Program-made: the position numbers and the translations under genes
NCBI RefSeq assembly: GCF_036365525.1
Contig: NC_090393.1
Coordinates: forward strand, 54,762,488-54,826,487
Reading direction: 5' to 3'
From: Heterodontus francisci
Taxonomy: Eukaryota
Length of the DNA: 64,000 nt
Notes under the pieces: model-generated
The model's database searches: none
What the model was told of the DNA's origin: nothing
What the model saw: the letters and a program-made list of their open reading frames with translations, nothing else
Shown here: in pieces, positions 1-11,857 of the stretch
Layout: every line of letters begins with the position of its first letter
Numbering within the stretch: position 1 is the first letter of the stretch

Positions 1-639
1 TGATCTTGGTGAGGGTGGCCGAAAATGCTTTGGAATTGTGCTTACATTCATTCAGCTCTTGACAGCTGCAGTCCGTAAACGTCCCGGAAAAGCGACAAGT
101 TACCGGAACTGGAAGACCGCCACAGGAACTAAGAAGTCTTCTTGCCATTTCACTATTGGCATCGTCTGGACGAAAATTAGTGGGTTAGCTCGGGGAAAAA
201 AAAGCATTTACAAGCAGCTGGTTGTGAGAAGGAAAAACAAATACACTAAACGTTAGGGCTATATGTTGAAACTACAGGGCCCGGTAAAATATAGCCCGAG
301 ATACTTGCAAAAGTAGAATTGAATGTTTATCTGAAAGTTATAATCAAACTAATGAGACGTGATATTCAAACACAGTGTCAGGTACAGAACACTGCCATAA
401 ATGTTAGATTTACTGTTCATTCCTTATAGCAAAATTACACTAATGTTCCATTTCTGTATTTCAAAATAGCCTATGGGACCAGAAGATTAAGTTTACATCA
501 AAACAGCTTTAAGGCAAAATCATTAAATGCAAGCACTAGAATATACTCCGAATATCTCAAATCTTGAAGGATCGGCCCAAACAAAAATTATTTCATGGAA
601 TAATTTAAATAGAAAAAATTCCCCCAAGTAACGTATAAC

Positions 640-3160
640 CACACTTACACTTCCCAGCGTTCCAGCCTGTGGTCCTCCATTCAAGACAACATCTGCGCAG
701 CTTCAATCTGTTGAATCACATCCTAACCTGGACCTTAAATGGTCTTTTCCACTTTAAAATCCTTACTCTCTTTCATCCCGGCCAGTCCTCTGTATGACCA
801 TCATCTGCACTCCCTTAAGACGAAGGGAGGAAGACTTGAAAGTTTATGGTGGACAATTGGTTTAGCCATACATTGCCAGATTTCATTGGACCACAGAATG
901 CACTATCGGGTCTTGCTATCATCAGTCAAAACTGTTCATTATTCCACGATCGACCAGAATACATAGACATGTCGCATGGGGTCCAGGGTGTACAAGCTAG
1001 ATGGATAAAGAACTGGCTGGGCAACAGGAGACAGAGAGTAGCAGTGGAAGGGAGACGTGTGACCAGTGGTGTTCCACAGGGATCCGTGCTGGGACCACTG
1101 TTGTTTGTGATATACATAAATGATTTGGAGAAAAGTATAGGTGGTCTGATTAGCAAGTTTGCAGACGACACTAAGATTGGTGGAGTAGCAGATAGTGAAG
1201 GGGACTGTCAGAGAATACAGCAGAATATAGATAGATTGGAGAGTTGGGCAGAGAAATGGCAGATGGAGTTCAATCCAGGCAAATGCGAGGTGATGCATTT
1301 TGGAAGATCCAATTCAAGAGTGAACTATACAATAAATGAAAAAGTCCTGGGGAAAATTAATGTACAGAGAGATTTGGGTGTTCAGGTCCATTGTTCCCTG
1401 AAGGTGGCAACGCAGGTCAATAGAGTAGTCAAGAAGGCATACGGCATGCTTTCCTTCATCGGTCGCGGTATTGAGTGCAAGAGTTGGCAGGTCATGTTAC
1501 AGTTGTATAAGACTTTGGTTCGGCCACATTTGGAATACTGTGTGCAGTTCTGGTCACCACATTACCAAAAGGATGTAGATGCTTTGGAGAGGGTGCAGAG
1601 GAGGTTCACCATGATGTTGCCTGGTATGGAGGGCGCAGGCTATGAAGAGAGGTTGAGTAGATTAGGATTATTTTCATTAGAAAGACGGAGGTTGAGGGGG
1701 GACCTGATTGAGGTGCACAAAATCATGAGAGGTATAGACAGGGTGGATAGCAAGAAGCTTTTTCCCAGAGTGGGGGATTCAATTACTAGGGGTCACGAGT
1801 TCAAAGTGAGAGGGGAAAAGTTTAGGGGGGATATGCGTGGAAAGTTCTTTACACAGAGGGTGGTGGGTGCCTGGAACGCATTGCCAGCGGAGGTGGTAGA
1901 TGCGGGCACGATAGCATCTTTTAAGATGTATCTAGACAGATACATCAATGGGCAGGAAGCAAAGAGATACAGACCCTTAGAAAATAGGCAACAGGTATAG
2001 ATAGAGGATCTGGTTCGGCGCAGGCTTGGAGGGCCGAAGGGCCTGTTCCTGTGCTGTAATTTTCTTTGTTCTCTTTGTTCTTTATAACCCCTAGCTTCTG
2101 TTCTCAAATACAATCCATATTTTAAACCCATCTTCCCTGCAACCACCACCCTCACCTCCAACAATAGGTCACTGACTTTGGACATCCTTGCTGCTTCTAT
2201 CCATTTCCTTGGCCGACTTGGGCCAAATCTCCCCTGAAGTTCCCACCTGCCCTAGCTCTGAATTTGCATGTTAGTCTCCTATTCTGCTCCTGCCCTCTCC
2301 AAGTTCATCTTGTCCATGAAACCAACTGCTGTCCTGAAACTATTCAAATTAAACTGCTGACCACGCAGTCTACCTCATCACAAGCTCTCTTGTCCTCTCC
2401 ACTGTTTCTACTTTGTTATATTGCTTGTCCGACATTCAGTACTAGATGAGCGATAATTTCCTCCAACTAAATATTGGAAAGAGGGAAGCCATTGTCTTCC
2501 ATCCTCATCACAACCTCCAGTCCATCGCCACCAGCTCCTTCCCTGTCCCTGGCAACTGTCTGAGGCTGAACCAAACTGTTCGTAACCTTGGTGTTGTATT
2601 TGAGCCTTCCAGGTGCTTGTGAACACATAATCCACCACAAGACTGTCTAATCCCACCTCCATAACATTGCCCGACTTCACCCCTGCTTCAGCTCATCTGA
2701 AACTGAAACCCTTATCCATTCCTTTATTACCTCTACACATGACTATTCCTACGCTCATCTGGGCAGCTTGCCATCTACCACACTACCTAAGCTTGACCTC
2801 ATCCAAAATTCTGGTGCCCATATGCTACCTCGCACCAATTCCTTTTCACCAATCTCCCCTATGCTCACTGGCCTATATTCAACAATGCCTTCATTTTAAA
2901 ACTTTCATTGTTGTTTACAAATTTCTCCATGGCCTTGTCCCTTGCCAGTTCGGTAACTTTCTGCAATCATACAACCCTCTGAAATTTCTGAGCGCCTCCC
3001 ATTCTGGCCACTTACACTGACCCGATTTTAATTGCTCCATTATTGACAGCGGTGCCTTCAGGAGATGAGGTCTTAAGCTCTGGACTTCTCTCTCTAGGCA
3101 GCACTGCCTCTCTTCCTCGATCTCCTCATTGAAGGGGCACCTTAAAACCTATCTCTTTGA
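640..3160 (+). mobile_element. Old degenerate L2-type LINE fragment (interrupted by the CR1 insertion; ~640 bp deleted vs copy B)
   Basis: Paralogous to 31050-33070, where RT motifs are recognisable; typical 3' end CACCTTAAAACCTATCTCTTTGA. Confidence 0.65.
967..2084 (+). mobile_element. 5'-truncated CR1-clade LINE (RT C-terminus + 3' UTR + (TTCTTTG)n-like tail), young insertion
   Basis: Open frame with GVPQGSVLGPLLF, KFADDTK, RDLGV, RPHLEYCVQFWSP, RRLRGDLIE motifs. Absent at the paralogous site in copy B (CCAGAATGCACAGCTAACCCC at ~31355-31375). Confidence 0.93.
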
Positions 3161-5113
3161 TCAATCTTTTGGTCCCTGTTCGAACATCTTCTTTTGTTGT
3201 TCTCCATCAAAGTTTCTTAGACTATGTTCATATGAAACAGTTTGGGATGTTTTACTGCCCTAAAGTACTCTTAATGCAAGTGGTTGTTGTTTTAATAGTC
3301 AAGTCAAGTCAGTCATTCCGATTTCTGATACATTGCTTGTCTATTGATAAATCTAGTTTGCAGCTCATCCCTGCTTTGCTAAATCAATGAATAGGAGTAA
3401 AATATTATCCAAATTGGAGTTCTGGCAGCTTTCCCTCTGGGAAATTGATCTCTTGTGAAGCTCACTGGCTAAATATGTCTCACAATGAGCTGGATTTTAC
3501 ATACAGTTTGAAGGCGGGTTCTTTGGCGTGGTGGGCCGGAGAATCAGCACAAATTCATCTACCAAGGAACCTGATGCCTCATGCCGGATTCTGATTTCCT
3601 CGGAGGCGCCGAAGTTCCATGGTGGCACTGCCACCGCTCTGTGATGGGACCGTAATTTAAATATGTTAAATACAATTTGGCATTAATTATCATATAATTC
3701 ACTGCAATCCTACCAGTTGTTCGCAATCTTCTGCATGTCATGTGACACCCACGTGCCTTCACTTTCCTGTCTCTGAAAAGCTGGCAACACCGAGGTGAGA
3801 GACCTTGGTGCCTGCAAAGGTTTGGTAAATTATGCGTGGTTCTCCTGTTGAACTTGTTTTAACTTCGGACATTACCACTAAGGTCAATCTGCAGATGTGA
3901 TGGAAGCTTGGAATTCTGCAAGTAGATACTGTTGAGGAGGGGGAAGGGGGGAACTCTGCAAGTGGATACTGTTTGCGGGGAAGTGGGGAACTTTGCAAGT
4001 GGATCCATTGTTTGGGAGAGAGCAGAACACAGAAACTGTATCGGTTGTTTTTAATGGGGGTCCAGTGCAGGCAACTCAAATGATATTCTGATGGTCATGA
4101 TGGCTTGCACTTATTTAAAAGTTGTGAGGGCAGCATCAATCCATACCATAGAGCTCACGCTGGAACACTATGAAACTAGAAATTAACACAAATCTCTTCC
4201 CAAATAGGCGTAGTTGAACTTTGGAAGCAATCTGAAGTTACAAGGAGGATAGAGATGGGTATGATTCATCCTGTATTCCTGAATCCCCTTGCTGTGATGA
4301 CATCACTACTGGAAGCCGTCCCAAGAGACAGGTGTGGCTCACGAGGAAGCTCCTAGACATGAGCAGCAGAAGCCACCAAGGCGAAGAGGAGCCCAGATAT
4401 GCTGTGAGTCCAAAGCACTCGGATGACATACCTGCAAATGTCTGAGCACCCATGCCAGAGACAACTGTGAATGTCGAGAAAGGCTGCCACACACCTCTGT
4501 GCACTGTCGAATGATGATTGGCAACCAATGGGCTTTGGTGGTCACCCTATGGCCGTGGCTCTCAAAATTACTGTATCCCTGAACTCTTATGCCTCTGGAT
4601 GATTCCAGTGGTCCACCGATGACATGTGGGGGGGTCTCTCAATCCACAGTGCACCGCTGCATCAAGGAGGTGACTGATGCTCTGTTCAGGAGGGATGTCG
4701 ACTATGTCTGTGACAGGAGAGGCCCAGAGAGTCAGGCCAAGAGCCCCATTGGATTTGGGGCCATTGTAGGATTCGCACAGAGCCAAGGTATGATCGACTG
4801 CACACATCTGGCTATCAATGCTCCCATGGACTGATCAGCCACCTTCATAAACATAAAAGAGGTTCATTCAATCCATGTCCAACTAGTGTGTGACCACAGA
4901 AAGTGCTTTTTACAAGTGTGTGCCTGTTTCCCAGGCAGCTGCCATGACTTATACATAATTTGTCAGTCCCAGGTGTCAATACATTTCACTGCTCCCGGTC
5001 ACCTTCACGGGTGGATTCTTGAGGATATGGTTTTTGACACCAGTGAGGTACTCCACCGTTGATGCTGAAGAGTGTTACAATGAATGCCAAGGCTCCACCC
5101 GAGTGATCATTGC

Positions 5114-8100
5114 TGTCATGGTCCTGTAGTTTTTTTGGGGGGAATATGCAGTTTGCTTTAAGGCTTGTAAAGGATCAGTATTGCTTTAAGAACCAGCAAA
5201 CCTCAGGAGTTATTGGCAGGTGCATTTCCGTGACCTTAGAAACAGCCATTTGGAGACTATGATTCAAAGGGTGCATTCTCATTATCATAGATACAGCCAT
5301 TGAGAGTGAGTATGAAGTGATACACTTGTTACAATTCAATTTTGAACTGACTTTTTAGTTGAAGACAGATTGGTCCAGCAGAACACACACTCACAGAGGA
5401 CACACACAGACAGACAGCTGTGGTGTTTAGCCCTTGAAAAAGGCTCTTAATCATTTAAACTGAAGGAATAGGATTTTAGACTGTTAATTATTATCTCTCA
5501 AAATTCTAAAGAAGTCAAACCAAAACCGAGATCTCTGGTAATTTAAACTGAAAGGAAGGAAGTTAGACTGTGACAATCTTTTATCCCTCAAAAAACTCTT
5601 ATGTCAGATTGATTCTATTGAAAGTGTTCGCAAGTTGTGAATTGTTGAAATCCATCTCGGAAGAAGGAAAGCATCACCTGCTGCTGGAGTTAGACTACAG
5701 TCACTTCTACTGTGCAAGAACTTTTTTTCACATTGAACAGCTGTGAGGACTTCAAGCAACATTGGACTGTAAATTTGCAAGGACACTATTTTTTTCTATT
5801 TTAAATGTTGTTTATATCTTCATAGTGTTTAAGAATTTAGTTCTTCTAATTAAAGAGTTAATTTATTGATTTCAAGACACCTGGTTTGGTTAACCTCATT
5901 CAGGCGGTTAAAAGATGGTACAATTTGGTTGGTTCTTTCATTAATTTGGAAAGTTTTAAATGATATGTTAGGCCATCTGTGGAACGACGGGATTGAACTA
6001 ACAGTGCAATTTTCCTACCACAATCAGAATCATATATTTTGATTGGGGGCTTTGACTGGAGTGGTCAGTCATAAGATATTTATTGGGGACTCCTCTGTGG
6101 TTTGAATAACATATTAATTGGGGGGTCACTCAAGATTTGAATAACATATTAATTGGGGGCTCACAAGATTTGATTCACATATTAATTGTGTTTCTCATGA
6201 TTTGAATCATATCTTTATTGGGGGCTCACTTGCAGTTGAATCTTATTTAATTCGGTGGCTCATGTCTGGGATCAGAGTCAGACAAATTTGGAGGGTGGGC
6301 ATTTTAAATTACTCATCTCTGGGATAACATATTTAAATTGGGGTCTTGCATTTGGCATCAGGTTAATTGCTCTCGAGTCCGGGATTTTATCAATTGGAAA
6401 CTTGATTGTTGGAATCTAAATCTGACACCAAGTACAAAGAAATTAAAAGAACCAGGTCTCCTGAATAATAAGGTACAATCTATACCATTGTTATGGCATT
6501 AGTGGTTGCACAGAGATTTTGAGAAAGCAGAATGTTTCCCTGAGTGACTTGATAACTTTAACTAAGAACAAATTCAAAGAATTGGCAGCGAAATTGGGGT
6601 TGAAATTGAAATCAGGTGCCAAAAAAGCAGAGATAATTGACATAATAGCCGAACATCTGGAATTAGGAGAAGATGATGATGATAATACAGATGTAGGGCA
6701 ATACGAGGAACAAGAAGGTAGTAAGTCCGAGAGTGATGCAATGGTATTGGCTAGGCTTCAGTGAGAAACAAAAAAAACTTGAGGCAGAAAAAGAATTAAG
6801 AAATCTTGAACTGGAAAAAGAGGAAAGGGAAAAAGAAAAAGCAAGAGCATGAAGAAAACTTGAACTTCAGAGAGAGAGTGAAAGAGAAGACAGGGAATTT
6901 AAATTAAAAGAAATGGAACTATGACAAAATAGTAGTCTTGAATCCAGGGAAATTTCGGGTCAGGAAGAATCTGAGTTTAGATCAGGACCCAGTGAGCAGT
7001 TGTTCAAATTTATATAGGCTCTTCCTAAGTTCGAGGAAAGGGATGTAGAGGCATTTTTCATATCTTCTGAAAAAATAGCCAAACAGATGAAATGACCGGA
7101 AGAAAGCTGGATATTGCTCATACATGCAGGCTGGTAGGCAGAGCTCCTGAAGCTTATGCCATGCTTTCTGAAGAGGCTTCTGCAGATTATGAGATGGCAA
7201 AAAAGGTTATTCTCGCTGCGTATGAGTTAGTCCCTGAAGCTTACCATCAGAGGTTTAGGAACTTACAGAGATTGACTAGGCAGAAATATTTCGAATTTGA
7301 GAGGGTGAAGCAAATGAATTTTGACCATTGTATATGGGCATTCAAGATAGAAACCACATATGAGAACCTTCGAGAACTGATTCTCTTAGAAGAGTTTAAA
7401 AACTCCATTCCTCCGGTAGTGAGAACTCATATAGATAACCTGAAAGTTTTGAAAGCTAGGCAAGCAGCAGAGATTGCTGATGATTCAGAGCTTGTGAATA
7501 AGCCAACCTATTTTGTCCGTCAACCCCATAAACCCGAGAAGGATAGAAAGTGGAAGAGTGAAAGGAAGGCAAGAAGCCGGGGAGAAGAAGGAACAGCTGG
7601 GAATGCCCCAGCATCACCTCCTCAGGTCAGAAAGGATCGTGCTGGGGTAGAAGTGAGGTTCACAACCCAAGGTGTTATCATTGCAACAACAGGGGTCATC
7701 TTCGTTCAGACTACTGGAAATTGTGAGGAACTTGTTGGGGTACGCAAAGTTAGTGCAGAGGAAAAGACTCCCTGACTGAGAGTATAGAAGTCCAGGCTAT
7801 AGCTTTAATGACAGCTGTGAATGTGAAGTCAGATACTAAAACTAAGAGGAGTGTAGAGGTTAAGCATAAAATACCTGAGAGTTATAATGATTTTATGACA
7901 AAGGGGAGAGTAACTCTGTATCCTGTAAGTGAGGCAGGAAATACTATCATTAAACTCAGGGATACAGGAGCGACCCAAACACTCTTGCTGGGGAAATATA
8001 TGAGGTTTTCACCAGAGAGCATCTTGAATGCTAAAGTTTTAGTAAATGGAATTGGCGGGGTGTGTATACTCGTACCTTTGCATAAAGTATGCCTAGAGAG

Positions 8101-9240
8101 TGACTTAATAACTGGGATAGTAATTGTAGGTGTTGTCCTGAGTTTACTAGTAAAGGGAATTGATCTACCCCTAGGAAATTATTTGACTGGATCAAAAATA
8201 TCAGTTTCTCCTATAGTTACAGAGGAACCATGTGAAGTTAAGGAAATGGAGCAATTACAGGAGCAAGTTCCAGGAATATTTCCTGCATTACCCGAGCAAT
8301 GGCTAAACAGGATCCATTGTTGGAGTTAAAAGGGACACCACAAATAGATAATCAGGCATCTGAAACCTTATTTGGGGATTTAGATAATCCAAATCAGATG
8401 TTTAACAAATCGCCTATCATTGCAGCACAGGAAGCTGATCCAGAGATCTACCAAATAGTATAGACAGCTCTGTCAGAAACCGAGGTGAAAGGAGTTTTGG
8501 AAGGCTATTATATGGCAAATGGGGTTTTGTGGAGGAAATGGAGACCGCCTCACAGACATGCTGACAAAGACTGGACAGTTGTTGAACAGATAATGTACCA
8601 CCTAATGTACCAATCGCCAAGGATTATTAAGGTTAGCACACGACATTCCCTTTTCAGGACATAGGGGAATTCAGAAGACCAAATCACACATAAGCAAACA
8701 TTATTACTGGCCAGGTCTTACAAAGGTGTCAGACAATTTTGAAGGACATGCCACACCCCTCAAACGGTGGGGAAACCACACCTACTATTGAAAGTGTTCG
8801 CAAGTTGTTAATTGTTGAAATCCATCACGGAAGAAGGAAAGCATCACCTGCTACTGGAGTTAGACTATGGACTGTTCGACTGTGGAAGAACCTTTTTTTT
8901 GCATCGGACGTCTGTGAGGACTTCAAGCAACATTGGACTGAAAATTTGCAAGGACTCTATTTTTTTCTATTTTAAATGTTGTTTATACCTTCATAGTGTT
9001 TAATAATTTAGTTCTTCAAATTAAAGAGTTAATTTAAAGACACTTGGCTTGGTTAACCTCATGTGGGGGGTTAATAGTTGGTCCAATTTTTTGGGGTCTT
9101 TCTTTAATTTGGAAACTTTTAAATGCTATGTTAGGCAATCTGTGGAGCAACGGGATTGAAATTAACAGTGCGTTTCTGCTACCACAATCAGAATCGTATA
9201 TTTTGATTGGGGGTTTTGACTGGAGTGATCAGTCATAACA
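5114..9240 (+). mobile_element. Gmr1-like Ty3/Gypsy LTR retrotransposon, copy A (5' LTR 5114-6076; gag-PR-INT N-term; ~2.5 kb deletion; 3' half of 3' LTR 8785-9240)
   Basis: TGTCATG...CATAACA termini; 4-bp TSD TTGC/TCGC. SCAN-like gag (ELVPEAYHQRFRNL, LILLEEFKNSI), protease LRDTGATQTLL. Confidence 0.9.
6077..6390 (+). repeat. Tandem array of degenerate tRNA-Pro primer-binding-site units after the 5' LTR (copy A)
   Basis: ~35-nt units TATTAAT-TGGGGGCTCAC..GATTTGA-ATAACA/ATCACA; core resembles TGGGGGCTCGTCCGGGATTTGAA, the complement of the tRNA-Pro 3' end. Confidence 0.75.
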
Positions 9241-9939
9241 TCGCACAGGCCATTGGTATGCTGAAGATGCGCTTCCACTGCCTCAATAGATCTGCTGGAG
9301 CCCTACAGTATGCATCACACAGGTTTGCGTACATCATTGTAGTCTGCTGCGTTCAACACAACATCATTCTACAGAGCGGTATGGCCCTGCAAGATGAAGA
9401 AATATGGGAGCATGAGACATCCTCTGACAATGAGGACACAGAGGGCAAAACAAGGACAAGCACACATGGGTAATCAGAGAGCAGTGATGGATGCCAGACA
9501 TGATAAGCAGCGAGCAAGGAAGGCAAGGCACAGACTGATAATTGTGTATTTCCACAACCAACAATTTCAATAAAAATGTTTGCGAACAAAACTCACCATC
9601 GTGCATGCAGTCTCAAGTCCTGATCCTCCATTACGGTTATCTCTCCAGCATGACTGGCAGCAACAAACTGCGACATTGCCCATGTGACATCATACTTGCA
9701 ATTAAACATCATCCATATTGGCATGCCAAAGATGTCAGTGGTCACATTGGCAATAATGTCAGGGTTATGATGTAATTGAAAGACACATAATTAGTGCGTG
9801 GTGGAATGTCGCTCGCAGAAAATAAAGGCTGATGATTGGCAGGAAATCGCATTTAATTAAAGTAAACATGATTTTATTCTCGCATCCTGAATATCCATAT
9901 GTGTCAAGGTGTCTTTATAACACCTTTGTCATAAAGTCA

Positions 9940-10970
9940 TAGAGTCATAGCATCGTACAGCATAGAAACAGGCCCTTCGGCCCACCACGTCCATGCTGAC
10001 CATAATGCCTAAATATACTAATCCCACCTGCTGCATTAATTCCATATCCCTCTATGCCGTGCTCATTCAAGTACCTGTCCAGATGCCTCTTAAATGTCGC
10101 TACTGAACCTGCCTTCACCACGTCCTCAGGCACCTCATTCCAGATATCCACTATTCTTTGTGTGAAAAATTTAACCTTTAAACCTCCTCCCTCTCACTTT
10201 AAATCTATGCCCTCTAAAAAAATGTTTTTTTAATCGAAGCTGGCACTGACCCATCTAATCCATGAGCCTCGACTTTTTAACTAACCTTATCAAATGCTTT
10301 CTTAAAAACCATCTAGACAACCTTCACTGCATTCCATTCATCAACCTTCTATTTTACTTCATCAAAATTTCAAATAAATTAGTCAAATACGATCTGCATT
10401 TTACAAATCCATGCTGGCTCTCCTTCATCAGCTCAAACCACACCAAGACCCTTTTGATTTATGTTCCTTGACTATTATTTCTAAAATGTTACCCACCACT
10501 GATGTTAAACTGATTGGCCTGTACTGACTAGGAATGTCCTTACACCCTTTCTTGAACATTTGCCACTTTCCAATCCTCTGGCATCTCCCCCACATCTAGG
10601 GAAGATTGGAATGTTATGGCAAGACCTTCTGCTATCTCCACTCCCAGTTCCTTTAGCAACCTGGGACGAAAGCCATCTGGGCTAGGTGATTCATCCATAG
10701 CCAGCATTTCCAGTACATCCTGCTTATTAATTTTCACCACATCCATTTTCTCTACCATCTCCGTTTCTACTGATATTTTGTCAGCATCATCTTCCTTAGT
10801 AAACATCGAAGTACTCAATAGGTGGTCTAGCTTTTCCCTGTACCTCTAAGCATATGTCACCTTCTTTGTCCCGAATAGGCCTCACAGTGCCTCTTACTAT
10901 TGCTTACTATTACATGTTGGTAGAAGATTTTTGGGTTCCCCATTATGTTAGCTTCCAGTCCCATCTCACC
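9940..10970 (-). mobile_element. CR1 LINE fragments (3' end and RT N-terminal part)
   Basis: Minus-strand motifs WNEVPEDVVKAGSVATFKRHLDRYLN and SPSPDGFRPRLLKE...MPEDWKVANV; CR1 3' UTR hairpin GGGCCGAAGGGCCTG. Confidence 0.85.
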
Positions 10971-10974
10971 ATTA

Positions 10975-11857
10975 TGTTATGACTGCGGCGGGAGCAACAC
11001 ATTGTCAATTCAGTCCCCTCACTCCACAGGTCGCAGCATACTATTAAGCTTTCAAACCCAATTGGAAAACAGCCAAATTAAACACTCTCGTAACCCAAGA
11101 ATGAAACAGACCAAACTAGGTACCTTTAGAGAACAACAAATTAACTATTTATTAAAACTAAATCTCAAATACTATTAAGATAAAACTATGGCGAAAGACT
11201 ATATAACTTCTTATTTTAATCTAAATGCCCCATTCACACACATACATTCAAAAACCAACAGTTAATCAGTTTTAAAAGTGGTGTATTTAAAATTAACTGT
11301 CTCTTAAGAATAAATAAAATAAGTAAGTTTTTGCAGGTTACGTTGCTGATGGTCTTCTAATGTGGAAATAGTCAAAGGCCACTCGAAGTCTTCATCTGGA
11401 TTTGATGAAAATAGTCCTTCAGCAGATAGATATTCAACTCTTCAGCTGCAGCAAGCATTAAACAGTTCTTTGAATGATAAGCACAGCAATACAAACGGTT
11501 TCTTCCAAAATCAGGCTTTTCTTCTTTATTCAGGGAATTAACTTGGCTGGTAGCTCCTTGTCGAATTTTCTGCTGAGAGGAAATATACAGTTTTCTCTCT
11601 TCAGTACGCTTCACTGGAAAATCTCTGAAAACTAACTGGTTTCAGCTGGTTTCTGCCATTTCCACACACAGTCAAAGTGGAAACATCATACCATGTGAAC
11701 TCTCTCTCCTGCTGTTGCCCAGGGCATCAAAAATGCAGCTGTGGCGCACTGTGTCCCCAGACCTTTCTTTCCCTTAAAGGTGCACTGATTTAACAGAGTC
11801 TTAAAGGTCCACACACTGTTTTAATTCGAGGAGAAAAATATTTACAAGTCCGTGACA
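10975..11857 (-). mobile_element. Solo LTR related to the Gmr1-like LTRs
   Basis: TGTTATGAC...GTCCGTGACA termini; minus-strand 3' end CTGTGGAGTGAGGGGACTGAATTGACAATGTG...AGTCATAACA resembles the end of the 5114-9240 LTRs. No matching TSD. Confidence 0.65.

Larger units (their letters stand above)
1..8784. repeat. Segmental duplication copy A (paralogous to 30405-~38733)
   Basis: Window start TGATCTTGGTGAGGGTGGCCGAAAATG recurs at 30405. Colinear, high identity through unique DNA, L2, Harbinger and Gypsy parts; paired ORFs (38..256 vs 30325..30603; 2667..3020 vs 32589..32930). Confidence 0.95.
3487..9850 (+). mobile_element. Degenerate PIF/Harbinger DNA transposon (transposase pseudogene split by a Gypsy insertion)
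   Basis: TIR-like GAGCTGGATTTT at 3487. Transposase motifs GVSQSTVHRCIKEVTDAL and QGMIDCTHLAI (4589-4834); after the LTR element, IAQAIGMLKMRFHCLNRSAGALQY...CCVQHN (9241-9370). Right boundary approximate. Confidence 0.85.

Noticed and set aside
38-256. Short ORF conserved in both duplicate copies (also 739..966, 2408..2680, 2667..3020)
   Set aside because: Conservation simply reflects the recent segmental duplication; no protein motif, mostly non-ATG starts, and several lie in L2 remnants.
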